From IMG/VR virus record IMGVR_UViG_3300007351_000496: 64,000 nt of DNA. One strand, given 5' to 3'. Shown in pieces: positions 19,020 through 29,172 of the stretch. A model generated the notes under the pieces. It was not told the DNA's origin. It saw nothing but the letters and a program-made list of their open reading frames with translations, and did not search any database. The stretch is from a virus. Each line of letters opens with the position of its first letter. Position 1 is the stretch's first letter. A program made the position numbers and the translations under genes.

Positions 19020-19853
19020 ATGAAGATAGAAATAGTTTGTAATCGATCTGGCATCTACGGCGGATTACGCCGTTTATATTTTATTGCGTCCTACTTACTC
19101 GAAGGTGGGCACACAGTTGCAATAAATTTCGCAGATAAATCGTCTAATTCATGGTTTAAACATGATATCCCTGAGAATATAGAAATCGTCCCTGATGTCA
19201 GAATTTGCCCAGAAACATATCAATGTTTACATCCAACAGCAATAAATATTTTGTATGTTCAGGCTCAATTTGACCCCCCTGAACACATCTTTGATAAAAT
19301 CATCACGACGACAGATTATTTAGTAGACGTTATATCTGCGGATGGCTATACAATAGATTATTGTATCCCTTACGGGTTTGATGGGAGTGTGTTTAAACCA
19401 GCACCGGAAAAAAGAATAAACACACGTGTGGGTTACATGCCAAGAAAAAATAAAGAAGAGGTGAACTTAATAAAATCACTCCTGCCTATGAACCTAGAAA
19501 TAGAGTTCTATCCCATCGACGGTTTATCAGAAGAGGGAGTTGTAAACGCCTTACAAAGTTGTAACCTCTTTCTTGCCATATCCCCAAAAGAGGGATTTGG
19601 TTGTCCTCCATTCGAAGCTAGCCTCTGCGGTTGTTTAATAATTGGTTATCACGGATATGGTGGGAAAAAATGGCTCACAGGAGAAGCGATAGTGCCAACC
19701 AAAAATCCACAAGAATTCGTTCCTGCTATCATAGGGGCTCTAAACGGTGTTTTTGAAGAAAAACGACATAAATTATATAAATTGATATCCGACGAATTAA
19801 CGTTAGAGAAAGAAAAAAAGGCATGGTTAAATGTCATAAATGCTTTCAAGTAA
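19020..19853 (+). CDS. GT-B fold glycosyltransferase (GT4-like)
   Basis: GGLRRLY, IPYGFDG..F, EGFGCPPFEASLCG; start placed at ATG 19020 after the terminator rather than 18846. Confidence 0.85.
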   Translation: MKIEIVCNRSGIYGGLRRLYFIASYLLEGGHTVAINFADKSSNSWFKHDIPENIEIVPDVRICPETYQCLHPTAINILYVQAQFDPPEHIFDKIITTTDYLVDVISADGYTIDYCIPYGFDGSVFKPAPEKRINTRVGYMPRKNKEEVNLIKSLLPMNLEIEFYPIDGLSEEGVVNALQSCNLFLAISPKEGFGCPPFEASLCGCLIIGYHGYGGKKWLTGEAIVPTKNPQEFVPAIIGALNGVFEEKRHKLYKLISDELTLEKEKKAWLNVINAFK

Positions 19854-20514
19854 AATCATTTTTGGTGATGCATATCAGCATATTTCAACACTTCCGGATA
19901 ATTTTTTTCGCTTAGTGTTAGCGGATCCTCCTTACGTAGTGAGTCGTAAGAATAATTATAAAACCATTGCCAGGAAAGGAGTAGACTTTGGAAAATGGGA
20001 TCATGAGTTTGATCAATTAACATGGACTACACTAGTAACACCAAAATTAGTTAAAGGGGGTTCTCTAATAATTTGGAATGATTGGAAAAAATTGGGTTCC
20101 ATCGCTGAACATCTAAGCTCCTTAGGATTATCTGTTAAGCGTTTCTTAACATGGAGAAAAACCAACCCCTCGCCTTTCAATATGGATCGAGTTTTTTTAC
20201 AAGGAACTGAGCATGCATTATGGGCCGTCAAACCTGGCAAATGGGTATTTAATGGTTCATATCATTCAGGCGTCTTTGATCATAGTGTACAACATAGCTC
20301 TCATCCCAATAAGAAACCAGATAAAATCTTTGAGGATTTAATTACATTGCTTACTAATGAAAATGATTGGGTTCTAGATCCCTTCTGTGGCTCAGGAACA
20401 ACTGCTATGGCTTGCAAAAAACTAAATAGAAATTATATTTGTATGGAGAACGATCCTGTCTATTTTGATTTAGCAATGGACGCAATGAATGCTCCCAAAT
20501 CTCCAAATAAGTGA
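19840..20514 (+). CDS. DNA N6-adenine/N4-cytosine methyltransferase (beta class)
   Basis: LVLADPPY, HPNKKP, WVLDPFCGSGTT. Confidence 0.93.
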   Translation: MLSSKIIFGDAYQHISTLPDNFFRLVLADPPYVVSRKNNYKTIARKGVDFGKWDHEFDQLTWTTLVTPKLVKGGSLIIWNDWKKLGSIAEHLSSLGLSVKRFLTWRKTNPSPFNMDRVFLQGTEHALWAVKPGKWVFNGSYHSGVFDHSVQHSSHPNKKPDKIFEDLITLLTNENDWVLDPFCGSGTTAMACKKLNRNYICMENDPVYFDLAMDAMNAPKSPNK

Positions 20515-20746
20515 AAAACTAAAACTTGGACTAGATGAGATTTATTTAGAGTTTTTAACTAATTTATACTGGAGCACTGCACGTGTGAATAAACTGACTA
20601 CAGCCAACGAAACTTGGTTTCTAAGTGAAATAGGATACTACCTCCCCACAATCTATCCAAATCGCAGTCATGATGAATACATAAAAATATTGCAACAGAT
20701 CGTTGATATAGCGATTAAAAATAAAGACGATAACATTCAGAAATGA
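20489..20746 (+). CDS. Hypothetical protein
   Basis: 85-aa ORF, ATGA-coupled to the dehydratase. Confidence 0.55.
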   Translation: MLPNLQISEKLKLGLDEIYLEFLTNLYWSTARVNKLTTANETWFLSEIGYYLPTIYPNRSHDEYIKILQQIVDIAIKNKDDNIQK

Positions 20747-21735
20747 AATTTCTATTAACTGGAGCGTGTGGGTTTATTGGTTCGAATGTTGCGCTTAATT
20801 TATTAAATGAAGGACATACGATACTTAATCTAGACAAGCTTACTTATGCCGCGAACACTAAAGATTTTAAATCAATTAATTACAACCTTATACATATAGA
20901 TATTTCAAAACTCTGGGATTATCCACTCGTTATTGATCAAATAAAAGAATTCCAGCCAGATTATGTCATACACTTTGCTGCCGAAAGTATGGTGGATCGT
21001 AGCTTAGCAAACAACCGAGTGTTTTTCGATAGTAATGTCATTGGAACTTGGGCAATACTTGAACTACTAAAGATTTTGCCTATAAAAAAAGCGATTTTTT
21101 TCTCAACAGATGAAGTTTATGGATCTCTTCATCACGCATTAGAAGATCCGACACTTGGCAATAAGTTTTATCGTGGATTTCGTGAAACAGAACGTGTCGA
21201 TCCAAGGAACCCCTATGCTGGGAGTAAAGCTGCCGCTGACCAAATAACTATTAGTTACACTCATAATTTTAATCTCCCTATTTGTATTGTAAGACCAACT
21301 AACAATTATGGCCCACGACAAGATAAAGAAAAATTTATACCAAAAGCTATAACTAATATTTTACTAAGACGCAAGGTTCCAATTTTTGGCAGCGGAAACT
21401 ACTATCGTGAATGGCTCTACGTTGACGACACATATACTGCGTTAAATGTTATTTTAGAAAAGGGACGGCTTGGTATGGTCTATAACATAGGATCAGCTAA
21501 TAGATGTTCTAATCTGACACTTTTAGAGACTATATGCGAACTATTAAATACACCACACGAAACCCCACTTGTAGCGTTTAACGACGTGATTGAACATGTT
21601 ACAGACAGACAAGGTCACGATGTAGCCTATGCCGTAGACTCTACTGCTATACGTAATCTTGGTTGGGAACCAAAGACCACTTTACGAGACGGTTTGGCTT
21701 CGACAATCAACTATTATTGGCATTTACTTCAATGA
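20743..21735 (+). CDS. rfbB: dTDP-glucose 4,6-dehydratase
   Basis: TGACGFIGS, LDKLTYAA, HFAAESMVDRS, STDEVYG, YAGSK, NNYGPRQ..EKFIP, DRQGHDVAYA. Confidence 0.95.
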   Translation: MKFLLTGACGFIGSNVALNLLNEGHTILNLDKLTYAANTKDFKSINYNLIHIDISKLWDYPLVIDQIKEFQPDYVIHFAAESMVDRSLANNRVFFDSNVIGTWAILELLKILPIKKAIFFSTDEVYGSLHHALEDPTLGNKFYRGFRETERVDPRNPYAGSKAAADQITISYTHNFNLPICIVRPTNNYGPRQDKEKFIPKAITNILLRRKVPIFGSGNYYREWLYVDDTYTALNVILEKGRLGMVYNIGSANRCSNLTLLETICELLNTPHETPLVAFNDVIEHVTDRQGHDVAYAVDSTAIRNLGWEPKTTLRDGLASTINYYWHLLQ

Positions 21736-21754
21736 CTTGCTATAATTTCTATAA

Positions 21755-22243
21755 ATGGTACGTTCTTATTTTGGTCAAACTACTCCTATAGTCAATGCTC
21801 CAGCCCCGGGCACAGTTGTCTATCAAAATACTGCTGTCGTGCCGTCTGTGTACTTACCTTACTCTAGTACTAGATTCCTGCGCCGCCTTGAAAGTCAACC
21901 GGGTCAACCATATATTATGGCGACTACGGGGGAAGAGCTTGAACGCGCCATTTATAAAGATATTCCTCTTAACGGGCCTTCAGCTGCTCCTCCCGCAGAA
22001 GGAACTGAACCACAGAAAATAGTAACCTTAAAATCTGGACTTGAAGTGCCGACTGAACTGCTTCAGCGCGACGTAGAAAGAAAAAAAGCTGCTGCGACTG
22101 AAGCTGATCTGCTTGCCAAAACAAAGCCATCTCTATTACTACAAGTTGGACATTTTGCCAGCTCACACCCAGCTCAGGCCACAGTGATTGCCCTCGCAAT
22201 TGGTGCAGCGATTGGCAGTATCTTTTTTGATGTTCAACATTAA
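21755..22243 (+). CDS. Tail-anchored membrane protein, putative virion protein
   Basis: N-terminal YFGQ; C-terminal TM VIALAIGAAIGSIFF. Confidence 0.75.
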   Translation: MVRSYFGQTTPIVNAPAPGTVVYQNTAVVPSVYLPYSSTRFLRRLESQPGQPYIMATTGEELERAIYKDIPLNGPSAAPPAEGTEPQKIVTLKSGLEVPTELLQRDVERKKAAATEADLLAKTKPSLLLQVGHFASSHPAQATVIALAIGAAIGSIFFDVQH

Positions 22244-22279
22244 ACATACAGTTTCTGATATAATTATCATGAGGGTATT

Positions 22280-23512
22280 ATGTACCAGAAACCATTCGGC
22301 TCAATATTTGCCGCAGATATAACACCAACTCCAGAGTTACCTCCAACCGAGATCGAAGTCAAAAAAATAGAGCAAGAAATTGCGACGCCTCCTCCACTCA
22401 AACCACTCTTCGACCACACGGCTCCGCAATTTAAAGCAGCTGTAACAGTCACTACTGCGGATCCGGAGATAAAACTTGCACAGGCTAGTCTCCTGTCCAA
22501 TAAAGCCAAACTTCAACTTGAAGCGTTTCAACGGATACTTAGAAAAACTAAGTCGCGCATCAAAAATGCACAAATCTATAAAGCAACTCTTTCAGAACTT
22601 GCTCAGCTACCTCCTAATAAACAAAACGAGTTAGAAACATTTTTTTCTGGGTATGCAGAAAAAATAAAGCAACTTGCAAAGGCACTAGAACTTAATGACA
22701 TCTCTCAGGAGTTTGCTGAAGCAGCAAAAGCTCTTGATTTAGAAATTCAGCAATGGGATGAAATAAAACAAACTAAAGGCAAACGCCAACTGCGCATTTT
22801 TAGACCAACAGAAGTTATTGTTAAAGACACTCCTCCGAATGAGTCCTCCTTGCCTATATTCAAGGGTAAGCCATTCCCTATGGATAAAATAGCGCGCTTA
22901 AATAAACAAGGGGTAGCCATTGCAAAGGGTTACGACGGTCTTGGAGAGAGTTACTATCAAAAATTCGCAAAACAGCAACCCAGCACAGCGTCTCTAAAAG
23001 AGAGACGAATTAAGGGTTTCGAGCGGGGAGATTTCCGTCGCGGCATAGAAAAGAATGTGCTATCTGCCAAAGAGTATCAATGGCAAATTGCCGAAACACA
23101 GCGTGATATCAACTCAGAACTTTTGGAATATAACAAAATTCAAGCTGAGGCAGACGCACTCAGTAAGAAAATTTTAGAAATAAACCCCGATCTTACAAAA
23201 ACGATTGCGGGGTTGGGAGTTCTCAGTCTTTATTCGCCTAAAAATATGATGATTCGTCCTCTTCTCGATGCTGTAACTTCTGCGGTAACTACACCCTCGC
23301 AACTTGGAGAAACTCCAGAGGCAGTATTAAATACAACAGTAGCAACAACACAGGCAGCCCTTAAAGAATTACAAACTCGTGAAAAGGTACTTGACACTCT
23401 AGTTGATAAGGTGCTAGAGCCTAAAAAATCGACCATACCAAGTTTCTCCAAAAATTGGCTATTACTAGGAGCACTTGTGTTATTCTTTATCTGGCTGAGA
23501 AGGGGTGAATAA
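22280..23512 (+). CDS. Coiled-coil tail-anchored protein, putative virion protein
   Basis: PFGS, GLGE and QLGE motifs; C-terminal WLLLGALVLFFIWLRR. Confidence 0.8.
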   Translation: MYQKPFGSIFAADITPTPELPPTEIEVKKIEQEIATPPPLKPLFDHTAPQFKAAVTVTTADPEIKLAQASLLSNKAKLQLEAFQRILRKTKSRIKNAQIYKATLSELAQLPPNKQNELETFFSGYAEKIKQLAKALELNDISQEFAEAAKALDLEIQQWDEIKQTKGKRQLRIFRPTEVIVKDTPPNESSLPIFKGKPFPMDKIARLNKQGVAIAKGYDGLGESYYQKFAKQQPSTASLKERRIKGFERGDFRRGIEKNVLSAKEYQWQIAETQRDINSELLEYNKIQAEADALSKKILEINPDLTKTIAGLGVLSLYSPKNMMIRPLLDAVTSAVTTPSQLGETPEAVLNTTVATTQAALKELQTREKVLDTLVDKVLEPKKSTIPSFSKNWLLLGALVLFFIWLRRGE

Positions 23513-23892
23513 TGGCCTACGAAACGATTAAAAACCAGCCGAACAGACTAGGAGAATTTGAGGGTTCTGATGGGGTAGACTACATCAATGCTGTTGGCAG
23601 TATCATCACAGGTGTTGTAGGTTCAGTCTATGACTATAAAAAAGTTGCTCGACAATCCAAGGATACACGCGCTGTTGCAATTAATGAAACGATCGAGGCA
23701 ACAAAAAAACTTGGGCTCCAAGTGTCCGGTACTACCGAGCAAGCACGTATTGCAGCTGAACAGGCCAAAACTAAATATCGAACAATTCCTGTAGTTGTAG
23801 CAGCCAGCGGCACTATTGTCGTAGGGGTAATTCTAGCCAGTGCTTGGGCATATAATAAAATAGTCGGAGACTACGAAATCGAATACCAATAA
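23512..23892 (+). CDS. Membrane protein, putative virion protein
   Basis: RLGEFEG near the N-terminus; TM near the C-terminus; TAATG coupling. Confidence 0.75.
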   Translation: MAYETIKNQPNRLGEFEGSDGVDYINAVGSIITGVVGSVYDYKKVARQSKDTRAVAINETIEATKKLGLQVSGTTEQARIAAEQAKTKYRTIPVVVAASGTIVVGVILASAWAYNKIVGDYEIEYQ

Positions 23893-23893
23893 T

Positions 23894-24244
23894 ATGTATG
23901 TTAAACAGAAAACATCATATAACGGCTTCGGCTGGATTGCAGAAACAGTAATAGGAGTAGCGCAGGCTGCTGCCCTCGGGACAGCATCTGCCATTCAGTA
24001 CGATAAAATAAAAAAACAACAAAAAAAGACAAAAACTTCTCTTCTTGCAACCCAAAATAAGGCTTTAACTGAACAACAGCAGTTGCTCGCGGAAAAAGAA
24101 AGAGCTTTACTGAGCCAACAAGAAACAGAAATGTGGTCGGAGCAGCAACTTAAGTCAACAGTAATATCGGTAATAGTCGTGGCTGTGATTGCTAGTATTA
24201 TTGGAGTTGTCGCATTTGTTAAAGTAGGAACCAAAAATGAGTAA
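23894..24244 (+). CDS. Membrane protein, putative virion protein
   Basis: NGFGW, short coiled coil, C-terminal TM. Confidence 0.75.
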   Translation: MYVKQKTSYNGFGWIAETVIGVAQAAALGTASAIQYDKIKKQQKKTKTSLLATQNKALTEQQQLLAEKERALLSQQETEMWSEQQLKSTVISVIVVAVIASIIGVVAFVKVGTKNE

Positions 24245-24563
24245 TCTTGGTCAACTAATGTCAGTCATTAATTTAGTTAACCAAGTTGGTTACGCAATTG
24301 GGCAAGGAGTTATTGGTACTCAAAGAGTTAAAGGTGACGTTAAGCTAGAAAAACTACGAGAACAACACAGGAAAGAACTAGAAACCGGAGAATTATCATT
24401 CCGTGAAAAAGAACTTGCCTTGAAATTACAATCTGCGGCTCGGCAGGATCAACTTTATAAGAATATTGCAATATATACAGGCATCGGAATCACCCTTGTA
24501 ATAGGTATAATTACCATTAGCGCAGTTTACTTTTCAAAAAAGGAGAAAGGAAAGCGGAAATGA
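24237..24563 (+). CDS. Membrane protein, putative virion protein
   Basis: SNLGQ at the N-terminus, coiled coil, TM and basic tail. Confidence 0.75.
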   Translation: MSNLGQLMSVINLVNQVGYAIGQGVIGTQRVKGDVKLEKLREQHRKELETGELSFREKELALKLQSAARQDQLYKNIAIYTGIGITLVIGIITISAVYFSKKEKGKRK

Positions 24564-24808
24564 GTTATCAGACTATGCGAGGACTAGGAGCTTTTGGAAA
24601 AGGCCCTCCAATGCCGCCCCCAGAGCCGCCCCCACCTGATGTCGCACCTACAATTACTCCTGAAGTCGAACTTGATATTCTGCGGCAAACACTTCCTGCA
24701 GCTCAACCAGAACCAAGTACAATGCGTTCATATGCAATGCCTCTTTTAGTTGGCGGAAGTGTATTGCTTTTAGGAACTATTGGTTTGATTTTAATGCTAC
24801 GAGTTTAG
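24560..24808 (+). CDS. Pro-rich tail-anchored protein
   Basis: GLGAFG, poly-Pro, C-terminal TM. Confidence 0.75.
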   Translation: MSYQTMRGLGAFGKGPPMPPPEPPPPDVAPTITPEVELDILRQTLPAAQPEPSTMRSYAMPLLVGGSVLLLGTIGLILMLRV

Positions 24809-24834
24809 TAGCAATAAATTGTTAAAATGATTTT

Positions 24835-26016
24835 ATGGCATGGAAAGAAACTCTCTTATACTACAAGCAATCACCCTATCAAAGAATTGCTTTTTTTACT
24901 GAAGCTGATGGGTCATTCTCTCTCACATTAGACGACTATTGGCAATTCAACAGTAAAGTAGAACACATCTATCACGAATGTTTGTTTACTCTTCCAGGAC
25001 TTTTCCCCAAGAATCTAGAAAATATTCTTGTACTTGGTGGTGGTGACGGACTTGGTGCACGAGAAATACTTAAATTTCCTACAGTAAAAAGAATTGATGT
25101 CATTGATCTTGATCCAGAGATCATAAAATTTGCAAAAACTAATTTGTGGATGAAAGCGATGAATGAAAACAGTTTCAACAATCGTAAAGTAAACATTGAA
25201 ACTGTTGATGCCAAAAAATGGCTTGAAGGGCCAGTCACCATTAAATATGATTTAGTAATAATTGATTTCCCTGACCCAACCTCAGATCAGCTTTGGGAGC
25301 TGTACACATCCAAATTGTATAAGCGGGTTGCAAGCCGACTAAGGCCAGAAGGTATTGTTGCTATACAAGCGTCTACCTACAATACAAAGGCATTTGAATA
25401 CATTTTTACACAATTAGACAAAGTGTTCCCTTACATTTTAGGTTACCACACTGGCTCACCATCTGTTTTTTGTGGATTCTTTCTCTGCTCACCCCTACCA
25501 ATCAGAAAAGTTCGCCAAATACCCGATCATTGCAAATGGCTTAACGCCAATCTTATAAATCAAATTCTAGGATTACCATTGGCAAATCCAGATAATCTAG
25601 GGCGTCCCAAAAAGGCTCAAAACAAAGCAAAACAGAAAAATTTTGCTTATGCAAAACAGTTACGATGTGCAACCCGCCCAGGCAACTTATCAGAGTGGGA
25701 AGGTTTTGGTAAAGCCGCTATGTTACCTCCGCCCACCCCGCCCCCACCTGCGCCAACTACGGTAGCTGCCCAAACACCGATTCAATCTACTCCACTACCA
25801 GTGGCCCCTGCGCCAGCTCTACAGTCCACACTTGTACCCCCCGCTCTACCTTTACCACCCTCCGCAGCAATCACTCCATCTGTATCGCCAATCGTTGAAG
25901 ACACGTATATAGAACCTGAGGAAGCTCGCCCTCGCGCCCTAATAACAAATCCTGCAATTGTAGGAATAATAGCATTGGTTGTAACTCTGCCAATACTATT
26001 TCTCATTGCCAAATAA
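24835..26016 (+). CDS. speE: Spermidine synthase-like aminopropyltransferase with Pro-rich linker and C-terminal TM
   Basis: LTLDDYWQF, YHECL, ILVLGGGDG, IDLDPEII, YDLVIIDFPDP; extension EGFG, poly-Pro, IVGIIALVVTLPILFLIAK. Confidence 0.9.
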   Translation: MAWKETLLYYKQSPYQRIAFFTEADGSFSLTLDDYWQFNSKVEHIYHECLFTLPGLFPKNLENILVLGGGDGLGAREILKFPTVKRIDVIDLDPEIIKFAKTNLWMKAMNENSFNNRKVNIETVDAKKWLEGPVTIKYDLVIIDFPDPTSDQLWELYTSKLYKRVASRLRPEGIVAIQASTYNTKAFEYIFTQLDKVFPYILGYHTGSPSVFCGFFLCSPLPIRKVRQIPDHCKWLNANLINQILGLPLANPDNLGRPKKAQNKAKQKNFAYAKQLRCATRPGNLSEWEGFGKAAMLPPPTPPPPAPTTVAAQTPIQSTPLPVAPAPALQSTLVPPALPLPPSAAITPSVSPIVEDTYIEPEEARPRALITNPAIVGIIALVVTLPILFLIAK

Positions 26017-26375
26017 TGGATCATAAAACTACTGCCACGCATTATGTCGCTGACTTTTTCGAAATCGAAAATTCATATTTACTAGATAACATGGATTATT
26101 GCTATCAAATGCTCATAATTGCTGTGCAATTAGCTGGTTGTGGCATTCTAAATGTATACAAACACAAATTCGAGCCACAAGGCATTAGTATTACTGCGAC
26201 ACTTTCGGAAAGTCACTGTACCATCCATACATGGCCTGAAAAGGCATACTGTGCAATTGACCTTTATGGCTGTGGTCGCTCAGATTTATCCAAGGGTATT
26301 CAGTATTTTGAAGAATGTTTAAAACCGAAAAATACAAAGATAACTGTGTTAAAACGAGGACACGATGAAAACTGA
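26016..26375 (+). CDS. speD: S-adenosylmethionine decarboxylase proenzyme
   Basis: HKFEPQGIS, LSESHCTIHTWPE, IDLYGCG. Confidence 0.93.
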   Translation: MDHKTTATHYVADFFEIENSYLLDNMDYCYQMLIIAVQLAGCGILNVYKHKFEPQGISITATLSESHCTIHTWPEKAYCAIDLYGCGRSDLSKGIQYFEECLKPKNTKITVLKRGHDEN

Positions 26376-26739
26376 TACTCTTAAATCATCAGATGAACTA
26401 TTAATAAGTAAATCTTTAGCTTTGTTATCGTCGGCAATCCCAGAACAACGGAGCGACGCCCTTCAATATTACTTTGAAGCAATTCAAACTTTAAAAAAGG
26501 TAAATACTTGGGAGGTAAAACCAGTTATCGAAAAATTGAATATGCTTTATATGTATCCTGGTCGAAAATTGCATAATAAGTCTATTAAAGAGTTGCATTT
26601 AATATATGAAAAGTTACAAGAAGCAAGAATTGATAAAACTTTGCAAAGCAAATTAGCTGAAACCGAACAGCCCATTTCGATCAATAAATACCTGCTAATA
26701 GGATTGTTGATTTATTTAGTAACACTCATTAACCGTTGA
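26365..26739 (+). CDS. Helical protein with C-terminal TM
   Basis: C-terminal YLLIGLLIYLVTLINR. Confidence 0.7.
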   Translation: MKTDTLKSSDELLISKSLALLSSAIPEQRSDALQYYFEAIQTLKKVNTWEVKPVIEKLNMLYMYPGRKLHNKSIKELHLIYEKLQEARIDKTLQSKLAETEQPISINKYLLIGLLIYLVTLINR

Positions 26740-27254
26740 TACACCACATTCCAATCCAAGCTATTAATAAACTTTTTAATATATGCCTCCTTATCAGTGC
26801 CGTAATCCATAAAATATGCATGCTCATACATGTCTAACACAATTAGAGGCACCATATCAACAACAGAAGCATCATGAGAATCTGTCAATATATTATACAG
26901 GCGTCCATCATAAGTATTAACTGCCATAAAAGCCCACCCTGCCGGACGGCATCCCTTAGCTGTTTCTTGAAAATCGTGATTCCAATTCTGGTAACTACCA
27001 AAACTTTCGGCCATTAATTCTCGAAACTTTTTTGGCATTTGCAGATATGGGATTCTATCTTTTGTTGCTTCTAAATGCTCGAAATACAATGCGTGCAATC
27101 TTGCCCCAGCGTAGCTGTAATTAAAATCTTTCTTCCATTCTCGGCTTGGTAATGGTTTTTCCAACAATTTTGAAGTTTTAGAAATATAGCCAACATAAAG
27201 TTTTCGATGCTCGTCATATTGTCTTTGTGAGACGATCATACTGTATGATAACAC
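26712..27254 (-). CDS. sod: Fe/Mn superoxide dismutase-family protein
   Basis: Metal ligands in EHRKLY, LHALYF and LDMYEHAYFMDYG; FGSYQNW, GWAF. Confidence 0.88.
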   Translation of the reverse strand: MLSYSMIVSQRQYDEHRKLYVGYISKTSKLLEKPLPSREWKKDFNYSYAGARLHALYFEHLEATKDRIPYLQMPKKFRELMAESFGSYQNWNHDFQETAKGCRPAGWAFMAVNTYDGRLYNILTDSHDASVVDMVPLIVLDMYEHAYFMDYGTDKEAYIKKFINSLDWNVVYQRLMSVTK

Positions 27255-27291
27255 TTCTTGTCCTATTTATTAAAATAGTATAATTAAATGG

Positions 27292-28464
27292 ATGATTGTC
27301 TGCGCAGTCTGCAACTTAGAGTTCACACCAAAATGTCATAACGCAAAATATTGCAGTGATATCTGTAAGCTTACAGGCGCAAAACTGGCAACTAAAAAAC
27401 GTAACCAGCACATTATAAAAGAACAGAAAATATATGATAAAACTTGTAAACAATGCTTAACGCCATTTACAACAATTGAACATCGGAAAAAATATTGCAG
27501 TTCAACATGTGCTAACATTAGAAGAAATACAAATAGAAGAATTATATATAAGCACCGATTAGAAAATAATATATGTCCGCATTGCTCCTGCCGACAGACT
27601 CTTCCTGGATTTGCATCATGTCAGCATTGCAAAGATTCAGTAATACAATGCAAGCTCCAGCAACGAGCTACCGCAATAACTATTGGTCGATGCCGCGACT
27701 GCCACGAACCAGCGGTTGAAAATAAACTATTTTGCGAAGAATGTTTAAAAAAGGCAACCATTCGAACTAGTATAAATATTCAACATAGAAAAGAGCAACA
27801 CTTGTGTCTCAGATGCCGATCACCTCTCTACGCTGACTACAATAAATTTATTTGCGCAACGTGTTTAGCTGATGAAAATCAAAAAAATTTTCAAATAAAA
27901 TTAGCGGTGTTTAATCATTATGGCATGGAATGTCAATGCTGTGGTGAGGCTCAATTAGATTTCTTATCCTTAGATCACATTGAAGGAGGTGGTAACTCCC
28001 ATCGAAAGGCTATACTCGATCAAGAACACTACACCGGTGGCGGTGGGGGGATTACAACCTATAAATGGATAGTGAAACATAATTTTCCTCTGGGATTTCA
28101 AACATTATGTTTTAACTGCAATTTTGCGACATACTTTAATAAGGGAGTCTGTCCGCACGCAGGTATGTTACAAGTAAATATGACTAGTGATTATAACAAA
28201 CTCAAAACAAAAGTATTCAGCCATTACGGTATGCGATGCAATTGTTGTGGAGAAAACAATTACTTATTCTTAAGTATAGACCACGTTCTCGGCGATGGCG
28301 CACAGCATCGAAGAGAGGAAAATATAGGAGGAGGAAATAAGTTATATCTCTGGCTTGTTAAGAACAACTATCCCTCCGATTTTCAGTTATTGTGCCATAA
28401 TTGTAACCAGTCCAAAGGAACAGGTCCGTTATGTGCGCATAAAAATGTTATAATTACCACATGA
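27292..28464 (+). CDS. Cys-rich homing-type endonuclease with two HNH-like domains
   Basis: Several CxxC fingers, then two copies of HYG..C.CCGE...FLS.DH..GxG...FQ.LC.NCN. Confidence 0.8.
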   Translation: MIVCAVCNLEFTPKCHNAKYCSDICKLTGAKLATKKRNQHIIKEQKIYDKTCKQCLTPFTTIEHRKKYCSSTCANIRRNTNRRIIYKHRLENNICPHCSCRQTLPGFASCQHCKDSVIQCKLQQRATAITIGRCRDCHEPAVENKLFCEECLKKATIRTSINIQHRKEQHLCLRCRSPLYADYNKFICATCLADENQKNFQIKLAVFNHYGMECQCCGEAQLDFLSLDHIEGGGNSHRKAILDQEHYTGGGGGITTYKWIVKHNFPLGFQTLCFNCNFATYFNKGVCPHAGMLQVNMTSDYNKLKTKVFSHYGMRCNCCGENNYLFLSIDHVLGDGAQHRREENIGGGNKLYLWLVKNNYPSDFQLLCHNCNQSKGTGPLCAHKNVIITT

Positions 28465-28871
28465 AACGCACTTTGGGGCAATATACTTATTGGAATCCAC
28501 CTGCATATTACCAGGCGATGGAACATGATCCGACTCAAATTCCAACCCAATATCCATATGGAGGAGGATCTTGGGGGCCATATGGTCCTTGGTACGGATG
28601 GGCCTTTGGTCAGAGAACCTTCGAAAAAGAGGACGCAGATAGACGGGCTCGTGAACAAGCTCAAGCGATGCTTCTTCGTTCAGAAATTTCTAGTGATCCA
28701 AAAGATAAATACATTACCCCAGAAGGAAGATTGAACCCTGGCATTGCTGTCGCGCTACAAAAAGCTCAACAATCTATGCAACCTCGCCCAGAGGATATGG
28801 CTAAAAGTTTACAAAAAAAGATTGTCATCACATTACTAGTAAGTACAGTTATTGCGGCCCTATTGAGGTAA
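28461..28871 (+). CDS. Tail-anchored protein, putative virion protein
   Basis: RTLGQY at the N-terminus, G/Y/W/P-rich segment, C-terminal TM. Confidence 0.75.
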   Translation: MKRTLGQYTYWNPPAYYQAMEHDPTQIPTQYPYGGGSWGPYGPWYGWAFGQRTFEKEDADRRAREQAQAMLLRSEISSDPKDKYITPEGRLNPGIAVALQKAQQSMQPRPEDMAKSLQKKIVITLLVSTVIAALLR

Positions 28872-28872
28872 T

Positions 28873-29172
28873 ATGCTTTGGGACACCGATGTCAAAACTC
28901 AATCAGTTTCTTATTCCTTAGATGAATTACTTCGTAGAGCCACTCTTAAATTAAAGGTAAATGACAGAGAAATTCTAATGGGTTCAGACGTGTGGGGTAA
29001 ATTTCCATTATTAGTAAAACGTATCAACGCATTCAATAAATTAAAACAAAAAGGTGTGTTAAGCGTTAAAGTTTATTACGCCCCAGCTTACTTTTCACGC
29101 TATTGGAATAATCCTCAGCTACTAGATCCTTTGCATTTAGAGAATGTTCTTCAGTACGAAGCATCGAGTTAA
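28873..29172 (+). CDS. Hypothetical protein
   Basis: 99-aa ORF coupled to the upstream gene; its 3' end overlaps the convergent ORF. Confidence 0.55.
   Translation: MLWDTDVKTQSVSYSLDELLRRATLKLKVNDREILMGSDVWGKFPLLVKRINAFNKLKQKGVLSVKVYYAPAYFSRYWNNPQLLDPLHLENVLQYEASS

Noticed and set aside
21755-24808. Type IV prepilin (G/FxxxE) or double-glycine bacteriocin leaders as the explanation of the LG/FG motif
   Set aside because: The motif is followed by polar or acidic residues rather than a hydrophobic pilin helix, TMs are C-terminal, and there is no GG leader consensus or peptidase-ABC transporter.
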